Shown here one piece after another: positions 1-13,000 of a stretch of DNA of 64,000 nt (positions are counted from its first letter, which is position 1; every line of letters starts with the position of its first letter). The notes beneath the pieces are model-generated. The model was not told where the DNA came from. It ran no database searches and saw only the letters and a list, made by a program, of their open reading frames with translations. Origin of the DNA: Takakia lepidozioides (lineage: Eukaryota > Plantae > Bryophyta); assembly GCA_030704615.1 (NCBI GenBank), contig CM060734.1:44702001-44766000 (forward strand), read 5' to 3'. The position numbers and the translations under genes were made by a program.

Positions 1-1133
1 CTCTCCTCTCGCTTCATTTGGAATACCACGGCATTTGGGATAGTGGCAGTCCATAATGCCGACCGCAGGAAGGATGTTGATTAAGTTTTAACAGATACTA
101 GAATGCAACCTTTCATTCTAGAATCGAAACATATGTACCATTGTTCAAGATGGAACTTATCTAATCATTCATTCCTTTCAATGAGCTTACGACTGAAAGA
201 ACAAGGATTTCGTTATAGAAAGCTCTCTTAATATATTCATTGACTTTAGACGGAGTGGAGGAATTAAGGATCGCAAGACAAACCCACAACAGTGAGATTG
301 TGGGTGGCACTCCCGCATGCACTAGGGCTTGTGAGGGTGGCTTTGTGTATCAAGCTCGAGCTGAGCATTATACAGTTCGCATCAAGCGTCTTGTGGATTG
401 GAACGACAACCCCACTTAAAAGAAACAAAGCAGCATATTGAGACTTGAGACCTCCCTAGTTTAGCGCGACGATGTGGTGAACGTGAACTAATGGGGAGTT
501 TTGGGTTGCCAGGGATAGGCCTTGCAATAACTTAGGAAGACAAATTATTTATTGGGGAGGGGCAATATTATAGAGATAAAGGCGCACAGTGGAACAGGAG
601 ATAATAAAAGTAGCCAAGCTGACATGCACATGCACGAATTTGTCAGCTTCACATTATTCTCTTCGTCTGTACAACCTCCGCAGTGAGTCAGTTTTTGGCT
701 CCTACAGAATCATTAATGTATGAATAACAACCTCATTCAATTCAGTTCTCTAGCGTCAGACCAAGGTGGCAGTCTGGTTTGAGGATCAATGTTTGTGGGC
801 TCCAACGGGTTTCAACTTTCCACACCCAGTTGAATGACAATATCACAAGGGCAATTCTCGCGCTAGAGCCTAGAAGCTAGTCACCACTTGATTTGTTCTG
901 TAGATTACACAGTGAATGAGAATGGCTATCATGTTCTTCACAAGAAGATATAAAGAAGATATAAATAAAAGAAGATCAGTTCAGCGTAGAGTTGCTTTGC
1001 AGCACTGGGGAAAAGCTTAACATAGAAAGCCTAAATGCGTCGAAGATAAAGATTAAGTTTTTTAAACGTGGAAGAAAGAGACGTTGAGACAGCAGAGCAG
1101 ATCCACAGTGCAACTTCCGGATGTTGACTTGGC

Positions 1134-1138
1134 AAAAA
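1134..1138 (-). terminator. Pol III oligo-T terminator of tRNA-Arg
   Basis: TTTTT on the minus strand about 25 nt downstream of the tRNA 3' end. Confidence 0.7.
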
Positions 1139-1163
1139 GGAAGTTTGTTGTGGAATAATAACC

Positions 1164-1236
1164 CGATCACGGTGGGACTCGAACCCACAATCTCCCGCTC
1201 CGGAGGCGAGCGCCTTATCCATTAGGCCACGCGACC
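1164..1236 (-). tRNA. tRNA-Arg (anticodon CCG)
   Basis: Minus strand GGTCGCGTGGCCTAATGGATAAGGCGCTCGCCT-CCG-GAGCGGGAGATTGTGGGTTCGAGTCCCACCGTGATCG folds into a 73-nt cloverleaf with A and B boxes. TATAAATA lies about 30 nt upstream (1266-1273). Confidence 0.97.
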
Positions 1237-2207
1237 ACTTCCATAGCCTGCGTGATTAGTAGATAATATTTATACACAGTTTCTCGCTGCTAATGACAAC
1301 ACGCAGTTTCCCAAACTCTCAAAGCTTATATGGTACTGGTCGTGACGTCGTGACGCTCACAGCTCAGACCTAATGCTCCAGGCGCATATCCAATCACGAA
1401 ACGTCTGTGTAAATAAAAGTCCATCCTTCCAGTCGGTCCATGGTTATAAGTATGGCCCAGCAGACAAACCCCCAACAAAAAAATGGTTTAGTGGGTCTTT
1501 GGACGTCTGCTAAAAAACACTGCAAAAAGGTGACGTGCTTGTCCACTTGCGAAACCAACAAACAGGCTGGAAGGCTCCAGACAGCTTTCCCAATCACACC
1601 CTCTGTTAAATATGTAAGTAGCCTTGGAAAGTTGGCATGACAATGATAGCTCTTCTGGTCATAATCCAAATTGTCCTAGCAATGGCTCTGAATCTTGACT
1701 GAACTTCATTCTGACATACTACCACACTCATATCATCAACCATTTTCCGCTCTGGTAAAGGAGGCGGAAACTACCTACAAGGCACAGCTGCTAATCATCA
1801 CAGTGGCAACCAACCATTCCAACCAACTACTCTCAAAGCCTCACAAAGGACTTGTAGCAGGGAGACTGATCAGCCAATCTTATGTGCGATCCACCAAAAA
1901 CACATTAGGTCAGAACTAGTCCCATCAGAATCTAGTCATTCAGTGTCCTCTCACTCATGAACATGTTCTCTCAAGGCTGTGCAGAAAAAAAGGGGAGACC
2001 CTTGAGAATCAGCCAAACTGGAACGAAACTGAAATCAAGCACATGATTGTGGACATAACGAAGGATGGACTCTTTTAAATATCAAGTAACTAGCCCCACC
2101 ACACCTAACACCACCTCACAGAGAACTGGTTCCCACTTCTGCCATACCCAACTACTCCATCTTTTTCCTGTGTGGGATCATCAAAACCCCATATCATACA
2201 GATATTC

Positions 2208-5200
2208 CTACTGCTGCTGCTTGTGAAGCTCTAACGCCTGAGTCTGCAACCGAATGCCCTCTTGTTGGATCCGAGCTTGTTCCTGCACAAGCTGCAGTCT
2301 TTGAAGCACCAACCCCTTTTCCGCCTCATGCTGAGCGTGCCACTTATCCTGCAGCGGGTCAGGTCCTCCATTACCAAGAAAGCCCCCACTGCCCATAGGA
2401 AAGGCAACATCAAAAACTCCTCCATACACTCCTAACCCTGGCATGCTGGCACCCGCCTTCACTGCCCCCATACCTGCTAGTACTCCAAGCTTTTCCACTA
2501 CAATCCGCAAGTCCTCCATGATTTCAATACTTTTTGCCTTGGATTCATCTACAATTTGTATGCTCTTGGAACGGGCCTCATCGATCAAAAGGATACTCTG
2601 GGCCCTTGCCTCTTCCACCATCTTCACACAACTACTCTTTACTTCTTGCAGAAGATCCACACTTGAACTTGCTCTTGCAGTGTTTCCATCTCCCTGTCTC
2701 TCCCCAGTTGCCATTTCTGTTGCCAATCTGCCTACTGGCAAGGTATGATAAAAGATGCCATTGTCATTTATGGGACTCTTCCCTTTGAGTACCATGTTAG
2801 AATTATCAGCTTGTCCCAGCAGAGACTTGGCTGAGGAAGGCGGTTGCTCAACGGATTCAGGAACTTGGGATTGGACCCGCTTTGAAACCTCTGGACTATC
2901 TTCTCTATCCGAATCATCATCATCATCAGAACTCGATTCCACCACTTCACTCTCCTTCACTTGTGTGATCACTGGCTTCCCTTTTGAAGTCTCGGATTCT
3001 TTTTTCGGTCTTATTTCTGGTTTGCCTGTTGAATCGTTAGGAATTTGTTTCTCTGTATTGCTTGGTTTTCCCCGCAATGCCCCAGGATTAGTTTTTGCAT
3101 CCTCTTTTTCAACTTCTTCGTCTTCATCGTCTTCATCATCAGTATCCTCTTCCTCTTTGGTATGACTTGAGCTTACCTATAACAAGGACGGCCACGAGTG
3201 TACTACATGGTCAATTTCAACAAGAAAGGACCTTAACTCCCCAAGTTGATGCCCATCTCAGGAAGAGCATTCATACACAGTCTCAACAATCCTCATACAT
3301 CAAGACTGTATGGCTCAGTTTACATTCACAGTGAAATGAAACATCTTTGAAAGTCCAAAGTTTTAAATGTTTCTTCTTCCCACCCAATACATACAGATTT
3401 AAAGACAGGTTCCATTATGTTCATTTCTATCAAATTCCAGAGAGGAATACCCTTGCTTATGGTATCACTTAAGTGCTGCATAGAAAGCATATTTTCAGGG
3501 TCCCTCAAGCGGATGGTATGAACATAACCACTTGAAATGTGTCACTTCAAATAATCACATCCATTGCCAAAATTGACGTCACTTTGATACCCATCTAAAG
3601 GCTCCGAGTGACAATTTGTGCATACCACTTCTCTTGAGAGAATTTCCTGATGTCAATTTGTAGTTTTTTGCTGCTTGTTAAGGGCCACATTTTCTTTCTT
3701 GTCTCCTACTGTCTTTTGTCCAATAAGCTATTTGAGCTTCCCATGAATGTCATAAAGTTTCATTCTTTCTTTCTCTTGCAAACCCCCTCCTTAACTCTTC
3801 CTTCCTTAAACTCGCATAGTCATTCATTGCCCTCTTTTTCAATTCAGCACTTTAGGCAACCCCCATAAAATTGACTTGTCAGTTCGTCTTTTGGAGAATT
3901 AATCACCATTTACATGCATGTACTTGCATTTGAAAACACCAAATAACCACGTTCTCAGAGAAAAGATCTTACCCGCTTTTCCTGTGGACCCCAGATCGAG
4001 TTCCAGATCTTCCAAAGGGATTCTTCATGTGAGTTTCTCCATTTATTCTCTCCAGCCTTCATCCGAGCTGCAAGGATCTCATACCGTCCCTTCATACGCC
4101 TGACTTTCTCACATACTTTCTCGATCTGATGGTCTTTTTCAAACTTTTGAGTGAACGGGAGCTCTTTCAGCAGCTTTTCCCAGTAGCCATCAGTCTTGGA
4201 GCTTGGAATGATCACCCCATTCTTCCAGCCCTTCTGCAGCTGTGTGCAGAGAGACAGTTCCTCATCTTGCGTCCATTGCTGAGGTGGCTTCTTTGGTTTT
4301 TGAGGTGTACCCTTATCTTTGTCTTTGTCTTTCTCCACCTACAAAAACGTAATGAGACAGTCAGAAAAAAACAAAAACTACTTTTGACTAACATATGATA
4401 CAGCAGCTTGGGAAAAGAAAGGCTTCACAACTGATGGGCCTAATAGCCATCATAACCTAGACAGACCATGCCCAGATAACCTCATACACAGAGGACAAAC
4501 ATAATTCCACCAGCATATCTTGCATATAAGCAAAATTGGCTGTTCCCTACAACACTGACTACTATATATGTCGCGAGGGCATAGTCCCTGTGGCCTACCA
4601 ACCCGCCAGGCGCATGGGGATATAGAGTATGACTGTCACCAGAAATTGCAGCCTTAGTGCTAATATTAATTACATGGTCATTGAAGGCTGACTACATCAC
4701 ACCGAGAATTATGTTTCTTCCAGCAGTGCTACTGTGGGCCCATCCTCACACAGATGTGACACTCTGGCCACAGTTATAGGAAGTCCAGAGGCAATCTTCA
4801 CAACTATCTTCACCTCAGAAACTTGATAACACAACAATGGGCTGCTGATTTGTTACCTCTGCTTTTGGTAGTGCCACAGGCTTCTGAGCATCATTACTTA
4901 CAACAAGTGGGCTTTCAGATTTCTTCTTGCGGTGAATCTTGCTATCCTTTTCAAGCACCTGTTTGGGCTGTTTGTCTTTATCTGCCTTTGTGGGTGTGGC
5001 AGGTTTCCCCTTGTCTGCTTTTGGAGGTTGCACACTCTCTTTCACCCTCCCTTGTGGCTGCCCCTTCTCTCCCTTGTTCGATAATGGTGCGGTCTGCACA
5101 ACAGTCAGTGTTTTCTTTGTCTGCCAAAGATAGGACTAAAGGATGCAAATCCCTTGTGATTCACGCACAACTTGCATGACTCTGACTCTCTCTCTCTTTC

Positions 5201-6621
5201 ACATAGGATATGGCCACTAGGCTAGGGGAAACATATTATGAGTACATCCTCTCTCGCAGGCCACTCTGACCTCATGCGATGTGTTAAGTTTCCTTCCCTC
5301 TCAATCTGACCCTGTAAACTAAGCGGAAAGTAGATTTGCAACTTGGACTGCCAATGGCTGCACCAGAAGATCTTTAACATGTGCGTGCCACAAACATGAA
5401 AAGCCAACAGAAAACACCACTACCCTTACTGTGCATACAATGAACTTATTTCGGTTTTTAGCTCAGTTAAACTTAGAGAACTGTACAACTCTCCATCTAT
5501 TAAGTCTAAGAAAAGAAGACTGCCACTACAATCATTTCAGTCAAAGATATCACTAACTTGTTCCAGCCGTATGAAGAGAGCCACAACAACCTAAACAAGG
5601 AGGAAATATAGGGGAGATATACAAGGGAGACATCTCTTCTGCTTTGGCTATTGGATTCCTCTATGAGACGAAGTATCTACCACTACACAACTGCTAGAAT
5701 AAACAACCCAGGCCTCAATTTGTCTACCTTTGAGGGCACAAGCTTCTGCGGCACAGCTTTCTCTACAACTTCAGGCTTCTTCTTCTTGCTTGAAGGCTCC
5801 TCCTTGTCTTTCCCGTTTAGTTCTCTCCCTCGCTTTGCAGGGCTGGAGGGGACTGAAATTTTTGGAAGCAACTGCCTCCCACATAGAAATTGTGAGTGAA
5901 ATCAAATCATGTGGAAAAACTGGTGAGGCAGGGTGAGCCAGAAACTCCACTGTCACAGCTCTCAGCAAGAAAAGTATGATGAGTGTTGTGGAATTAAATT
6001 CTTCACCTCTTCAGCTTGGATAATGGGAGGCACTCAGATCAAATTTCATGAAACAAAAATCGTGTTCTAACTCCCTGTTTTGCTCTGCAACTTCGGGCAG
6101 CCCACCAGTCTATTACGCCCAGAATCGAAATAGAACTACAAGAACGAGTCCGAGTGAAAAGAGAAAAGAAGATGCTCTTAAACTCTCCAGGTATGCAAGC
6201 AACACCACCAGAGGAACATTCCTAAGACATCTTTCTTCCTAAAACCTCCAAACTTGGCACCTGAGAGTCTTGATAGAATTGCATACAAGACTTTTACGAC
6301 CATGTGACAAGACATAGAAGAACAACTAGATATGCACATATCACATATACCAGACAATTCTTATATGCTGCGGAATCATTTACAACTGCAAACAGTTGAA
6401 GACATAGGAACACAATCAAAAAGCCGTACCTGCTTCCCATTAGCTATGCCTTGGGCCCTCATCTTGCTGGTATCAGTGCTCTCATCACTCCCCGACTCAG
6501 TAGCATCACTCTCCTCCTTGCCACCTACCTCCTCTGATTCATTCTCAGACTCATCTTCCGTGGTCTCATCTTCATCCTCATTGGAGAGTTCTTTGTCTTT
6601 CGATGGCAACTTGCTGGCCAT
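2208..6621 (-). CDS. GeBP/STOREKEEPER-like (DUF573) transcription factor, ~644 aa; coding exons 6621-6430, 5871-5728, 5120-4857, 4338-3973, 3176-2208
   Basis: All four introns are GT-AG and phase 0, giving one open frame. Exon 4 encodes QWTQDEELSL...VCEKVRRMKGRY...HEESLWKIWNSIWG, the GeBP/DUF573 pattern (WxxxDE...KIRRLK...H...IWG). Acidic low-complexity N-terminus and coiled-coil C-terminus. An acceptor at 6652 implies an upstream 5'UTR exon (not mapped). Confidence 0.85.
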
Positions 6622-8288
6622 CTTGGATGACTGCCAACGCTTTGCTCAGTCCTGCACAGTAGTTACAAGCAATGAGCTTTCAGCAAAGCCACATGTGAAA
6701 CTGAAGACCAAAAAATAGAGATACTGCATCATTTAAGTTCCGGAAGGTTGCTTATATTCCCCTCACTAGAGGAGGGTCACTGCCACTAGGGTGCAGACAT
6801 TATCCATGAAAGTCACTTGATAGGATCCTCTACTTCAAGCCAAAGCATGTGAAAGAAAAAATGTAGCATACATTGACCCAGGTCAACAAATTGACTCAGT
6901 AGAAAGTAACATGCATGATGGCTTCCTCAGCCATCTCAAGGCAAAAGAAACTGGACATATTGTGACTTCGCAAATGTTATACAAATGTCTGGTTATGTCC
7001 CAGTACTAGAAAACCAATTGGTCACTACATACAGCACACCGGCCTTCATTGTCTGTCTTTCTGTCAACCCAGGCCCTCCCAATTCCATTGACATGAAAAG
7101 CCCCAATTATCTCTCCTCTCCTACTCTCTTTCTCGCAGGTGTCTCTGCCCTATGTTACAATCACAACATCCTAAACCTAATCCGCAGTCAAATAATCTTC
7201 TTCGTTGAAGAGACAACGCTCGATGTCACTAAAGCTTACTCCCAAACGTTAAAATGTCTAGGAGTCCCTTTGGCGTTGCTACCAACTTGCTTGCCAATCG
7301 CGGTGACTGTTACCACACCGGAACACTACACAGAACAAAATGACGTACTGGAGCAGAGAAAGATGGGCAGTAAGGTGACAAGTAGGACATATGCCATTAG
7401 GGCAAGATTCCGGAATCCCAAACAGGGAGATACGGAAAAATGCAGAGATCCGCGATTCCAGACAGCAGTCAGCCGGCAGGCCGTGCAGGCAGCGAGAGCC
7501 GGCGGGACACGAAATAGCTGAGGGGGACATGAAACCACTAGGATTTGCTTTCCGTAGAAGGAAATCCAGAGCCAACACAATCGCTAAAACGAGCTCATAA
7601 GACAACACACCATACAACAGCTTTGCAAAGGCCCGAGGTGTGCAGATTCCTTTACTCCTTCTTCACCAGTCACCAACCCTAATAAGCCGCCACGGTGACA
7701 GTGTTCTGACGAAAACACATACAAAGCGGACCCAAGGAGACAAGCGCAAACGACGATGGAGAGGGAGACAGCGATAGATTACAAAGAAGGATAAAAGAAA
7801 AACACGAATGAGAAAAGGGCGCTTACAAGAACCGGTATGCGTCTGCAAACACAAGGATAGCTAGCGTGCAGCCAGGCTTCTCCTCAAACGCTCTTCTTCT
7901 CGGCCTCAGAGACCCCCGCGGGTGAGGTCGTCTTCCTGCGAAGATCGTGCAGCGTGCGACTCGCTTGTGTTTGGCGGGAGACTTGGCGGCGCCAACGGAC
8001 ACTCCCTGCTCTTTGGCGGGCGGGCAAGGTGAGCTTCTCGTGGACGAATGATAACTGTCTCCATGCACATGTACCTAAATCATCCTCAGCCTGAGTCACA
8101 GCCTCCCCCACTTGTCATTTATATACCGTACTTACCTAGCTTATTAGGCACTTCCGCGCTTAATAATTAATTAAAATAGAATATTATTAGGCAGATTCGT
8201 TTTTATTATTTAGGCACCTTGTGAAGTCTGATTCCGGCGCTATAGGTTTGTTCCCCTTCTTCTACCAGACTTAATCCTATCTGGGGAA

Positions 8289-8770
8289 TGTAGTCGATAG
8301 ATGGGCCTGGCAGAGAAGACGGAATCTCACGAAGAGGACGCAACTGAGTCGGACTTCCAAAACGCATTCATCCACACACTCAAGCACACCGTTACACCAA
8401 GCATACACTCGCGTAAGACCAAAAAGCCACCACCTCACTGCCACAGCAGTCGAGCTTAAATAGTATTAGGTCGTAATCTAATCTTAGTGCTGTGTGGCAC
8501 TTACATATAGGACAATCAGATGCCCTTTCAGCATAGCCATAGAAAGAACCCATATCACCCAGATCCATCCTAATCTAATCCTAAACTAGCTGTTAGAATA
8601 AGACAACACCTAATAAAAGTCATAAGCTGTTGCCAACTCATCCTCATGCGCAAGGTGTAAGTTCATCCAGACTTCATCCAGGCTCCGTCCATCCCTAAAT
8701 CATCCGGGGCGCATCCCTCCTCCGTTCATCCAAGTCGAAAAGGAAGGTGAGAAGGAAACTCAGCTCCACA
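8289..8770 (-). repeat. LTR of gypsy family B (probable 3' LTR)
   Basis: Minus strand TGTGGAGC...CGACTACA (TG...CA). Its first ~76 bp match 20023-20098, which also starts TGTGGAGC and precedes family B pol. No TSD found. Confidence 0.6.
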
Positions 8771-9569
8771 TATGTGAAGTTTGTTGGGGCCACTAGAAAC
8801 TGCGAGTGATGAGCTCAGGAAGAACAAAAATGAAGCCTAGCCAAAACAAACTACACACCCGACACACAAGGGATGAAAAAACGTAGGGAAGAAAACCTCA
8901 CCCTGCAAGCTGGGTGGAAGACTAAACATCCCATAGGAAAAACCCCAAGTGCTACAATTGGTGCAGAAAATTGTCACGAAATTCAAAAACTACTCTAAAG
9001 AAAAATATGTCATGGTCTGATCACGAGCTGTCCGAGCTGTGGGGGTGAAGATCACCTGATGGTTCTCAACATTCAAACAGGTTAGATCAAAAGTAAGAGT
9101 GGATGGAACAAAGTAATGAAACATGAATGGAACTAGCTAAGTGAAGAGTAGAAGCATGTTGGGGGAGCAAGACATACTACCTGCCAGGTAGAATATCAGA
9201 GATAAGGTAAGGGCCATCAATCCTATGTTTGGCCTTAGATATCTGCTTATCAGGCTGGAGCCTGACACAAACAGACTGGCCTACCTTAAATGACTCAGAA
9301 TACACAACACGTCTGTTGTAATTCTTGGCCTGAGCAGCTTAGGCAAACACAATGTTAAATTTAGCTGTTTCACGCAAACTACGTCGTCTAGCATCCATGG
9401 AAAGCAAAAAGACTTCTCAATTCTCAGGCTCAGTTGCGGATACCTGCAGCCAGGAGATATGTAAATGAGTTCTACATTTCCTACTATACAAAAGTTCAAA
9501 AAGTGAGATTTTGGTACCGGCATGGATGGAAGTCCTATAGGCAAAGAGAAGAATAGGCATGGTAATATC

Positions 9570-10030
9570 TCATTCATCAATTAGTGTTCCATTTTTCTCG
9601 AGTATCTGGCATATAGTTTTGTTAAATCGTTCTGTCAAACCATTGCATTGGGGATTGTAGGGAGCAGTAACGGCATGCTTAGTGTTGAGATTAAACAAGA
9701 CAATCTCCATAAGTTGGTTGCAGAACTCAGTACCTTGATCCGTGAGGATTTCAAGAGTGCAACCATGACGAAGCATCACCTTATCAAAGAAGAACTGCAC
9801 CACCTCATCACTATCCTTAGCAACCAGAGGTCGGAGCTCAACCCATTTCGTCAGGTAGTCCGTAGCAACCGCAAGGTATGCATGGCCCTTAGACGTGGAT
9901 TTAAGGGGTCCAACTAGATCTAAGCCAACCCTGGCAAATGATTCAGTCACCGGGATTGGCTGCAAAGGTAAGGGAGCTTCGGTCCTAGGTAGGATGGTTT
10001 TAGCATGACAGAGTACACATCTTGCAATGA
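9570..10030 (-). mobile_element. Ty3/gypsy integrase core fragment (family B)
   Basis: CVLC...LQPIPV...VGLDLVGPL...ILTDQGTEF...YNPQCNGLTERFN (zinc-finger tail plus DDE core). Confidence 0.9.
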
Positions 10031-11273
10031 AAGTACGTGTCGCATTGGTGACCCATCGTCTCGAGAGCGTCGGCGTGATGTTGAATGTCGTGAGAGTCGG
10101 AATGGCTGATCTGGTAGCTGGGTAAGCGACAACTCCAATGTATCTGGTTTCTGTGACTGCATACTGCCAATACAAGATGCAAGAGTGATGGAGGTGTAGC
10201 TATATATACTGATGTGTGGTGTTCATCCCTCATTAGCGTGTATCAGATACATTGAATGTGGAGTCTTCACCTTGAAGCTAACTTGGCTGACATCATCGTT
10301 GTGACGTCTTATTGACGTGTAGCTCGGGTCTTAGCTAGATATCGTTGATGAAACTCCTGGACTTTGTCATATGCATTGGCAAGGTTGGATGAAGGTTCCC
10401 ACGTTCGTTCGCTGATGTCGTAGCCTTTTCAATGTACGAAATACTCAAGACGTTTATACTTGATGCGAGAGTTTAGGACTTCGTCGACTTCATACTCAAT
10501 TTCCCGATTGACTTCGACTGGTGGAGGTGGTACGGAGACTCTTTCCAGAATATTCGATGGATGATACAACTCCAATAATGAAACATGAAAGACTGGATGG
10601 ATGCGCATACTTCGTGGGAGTTCAAGCCGAAAACTGACCGGATTTATTTGTCGAATAATTTTGAATGGTCCCAGACATTGATAATCCAACTTTCTTGATG
10701 GTCGCGAGGTTTGTATGTCTCGTCGAAGAAGCCACACATGATCTCCGACCTTGAACTGGGGTTGGAGTTGGCGACATTGATCTGCATACTCCTTGTATTG
10801 TTTTTGAGCTTCTGCGAGGTGGGATATAAGCTCTTTGTGAATCGTAGCAAGATGAGTAGCAATGTTTTCTGCAGCAAGGTTTTCAACAGTCTTCATGTGG
10901 AAAGGGTTTGCTCGAGGATGATGACCATAATTGGAGAAAAATAGAATTTGTTTGGTCGAAGATTAATGTATAGTGTTGTTGTAGGCAAACTCAGCCAATG
11001 ACAGAAGGTCCGTCCAATTATCTTGGTGATAATTTATCGTACAGCGAAGATACTGCTCCAAAATCTGGTTTACACGTTCGGTTTGACCATCAGTCTGTGG
11101 ATGATTAGTTGTAGAGAGGTTGATCTTCGTATCCAATATGTGAAATAATCCCCTCCAGAAATTTAATATGAACTGTGGTCCTCGATCAGATACGATGTCC
11201 TTCGGGAGTCCATGAATGCCGTAGATATTATTGAGGAAGAGTCTTGCAGTTTCCTCGTCGATAAGTGTCTTAT
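10031..11273 (-). mobile_element. 3' part of Tcn1-like chromovirus (family A, copy 1): integrase C-terminus, chromodomain, start of 3' ORF
   Basis: GPFKI...[10 protein letters not shown]...[22 protein letters not shown]; colinear with 50143-51382. Confidence 0.9.
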
Positions 11274-13000
11274 GTTATAGGTCTCCATCTCCCTTCATTC
11301 GTGCTAGAGATGGTTAAACTATCTATGTATGGAGACGACACTACTCTGCTGTTGGATAACTCGGACAAAGTTAACATAGATAGAGCCCTGCAGACCCTAC
11401 AAATATTTTGCTTGGTCTCCGGCTTGAAAGTCAACTAGCAAAAATCTATGGGTCTCCTCTCCTTGCTCCAAAATCAGGCACCTGCTTCCCACTGTGATTC
11501 ATGGGGGCAAGATATTGGATTACATTGGCTCCAACCGGGTGAGTCACACACATTGTTGGGCCATCAAATTGGTATAAATCTTACCCAACATAATAGAATG
11601 CAAACTATGATTTCTAACCTCAAGAGATCTCTACCTCATTGGAGTTTTTCCATGCTTTCTATTGCGGGCAGAGCACTGGTGGCCAACCAAGTGCTACTGG
11701 CCTCTACTTGGTTTTCTGCCGCTATATGGGATCCAGGTACTGCAATGGTAAAGGAGATAAAGGCCCTGATTCGAAACTTCATCTGGGGCGCAACCATGCA
11801 AACCCCAGTTAGAAGGGCACTCATCTCTTGGGATCAGCTCTGCCAACCAAAATCCAAAGGGGGACTTGGTATACTTGACCCAACGACGCAAATAAAGGCT
11901 ATTTTGGCCAAATACCCAGAGCCCTAACTCACCGCCACAGCCCGTGGAGCAAGCTGATTCAACCTTACCTTATGGGAGCTATGCCTGCTTCTTCTCAATT
12001 GTAGGCGCAGTCATGAGGTGGATTGTTCAAGGCAAAAACTCTCGTGTGCAGCTAGGGTCTCTCCCCTGGCAATCAATGAGGTGCTCCCTAACCCAAAGAA
12101 TCCCACTAGTCGTGTTGAGGCCATGTGTCAACCCTTCTTTGAGAATTGTAATATGAACTCTGAAGTGCTTTTGCAGCAACGACCCAAATGGGCTTTCTGG
12201 GAGCATTGTGGCTTTACACACATATGAAATATCTCGGAACACGATCAGTACATCTTTGAAGCTGAAGTCACTCAGCTGGTTGGCACCAGACGCGCTAAAG
12301 CTTGGCCAGACTTGCTTGCAAAAATCCCAGCCTACATGGCTCCCTTGCTCACAGCAGGTAATGAGACCTGGTCCCTGCCCATATGGATGGCCTCAACTGC
12401 CACTGGTTCGAATTCTGCAATTCTAGTTCTATCAGTGCAAGATTAGATTGCTTCGGGCATTGCCTTTGCGGTGGACCCAGAGGGTGATTTGCTGGTCAAG
12501 GGATATGTGGATGTCAATAAAAATAGCCTACATCCTATAAAAGTAGTAGATGGCACAGGGAACACCACCCCAACCCCAAATGGGGGTCAAGAATTTGTGT
12601 GGGCCCTGCACTCAACTTTCACCTGGTTCCTCTCGTCCCCCCTGGCTGCTTTGCAGTTCGACCCAGGGGAATGGAGATGGAGGAATGACAAACATTTTTT
12701 TTATTTTTTTATTTTTCTATAGTATAAAGCTGGGTTACAAGCTACCTTGGCCAACGATATCTTTCCACTCCAGATGGGAGCAAAAGTGGGAACACCACCC
12801 CAACCCCAAATGGGGGTCAGGAATTTGTGTGGGCCCTGCACTCAACTTTCATCTGGTTCCTCTCGTCCCCCCTGACTGCTTTGCAGTTCGACCCATGGGA
12901 GTGGAGATGGAGGGATGACAAACAATCCTTTTTTTTTTGCCTATAGTATAAAGCTAGGTTACAAGCTACTGTGGCCAACGATATCTTTCCACTCCAGATG
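11274..13000 (+). mobile_element. L1/Tx1-like LINE ORF2, middle segment (RT C-terminal half)
   Basis: VIGLHLP...SMYGDDTTL...LSIAGRALVANQVL...RNFIWG...ISWDQLCQPKSKGGLGI; contains stops and frameshifts. Confidence 0.9.
12558..13000 (+). repeat. 230-bp tandem duplication inside the LINE
   Basis: GGGAACACCACCCCAACCCCAAATGGGGGTC... starts at both 12558 and 12788. Confidence 0.9.

Noticed and set aside
6985-8111. ORFs of 70-178 aa upstream of the GeBP start
   Set aside because: No recognisable domains; they overlap the probable 5'UTR, intron and promoter.
9570-10175. 201-aa ORF as a single protein (likewise 25817-26209 and 30964-31215)
   Set aside because: Chimeric read-through across rearrangement junctions between unrelated elements.
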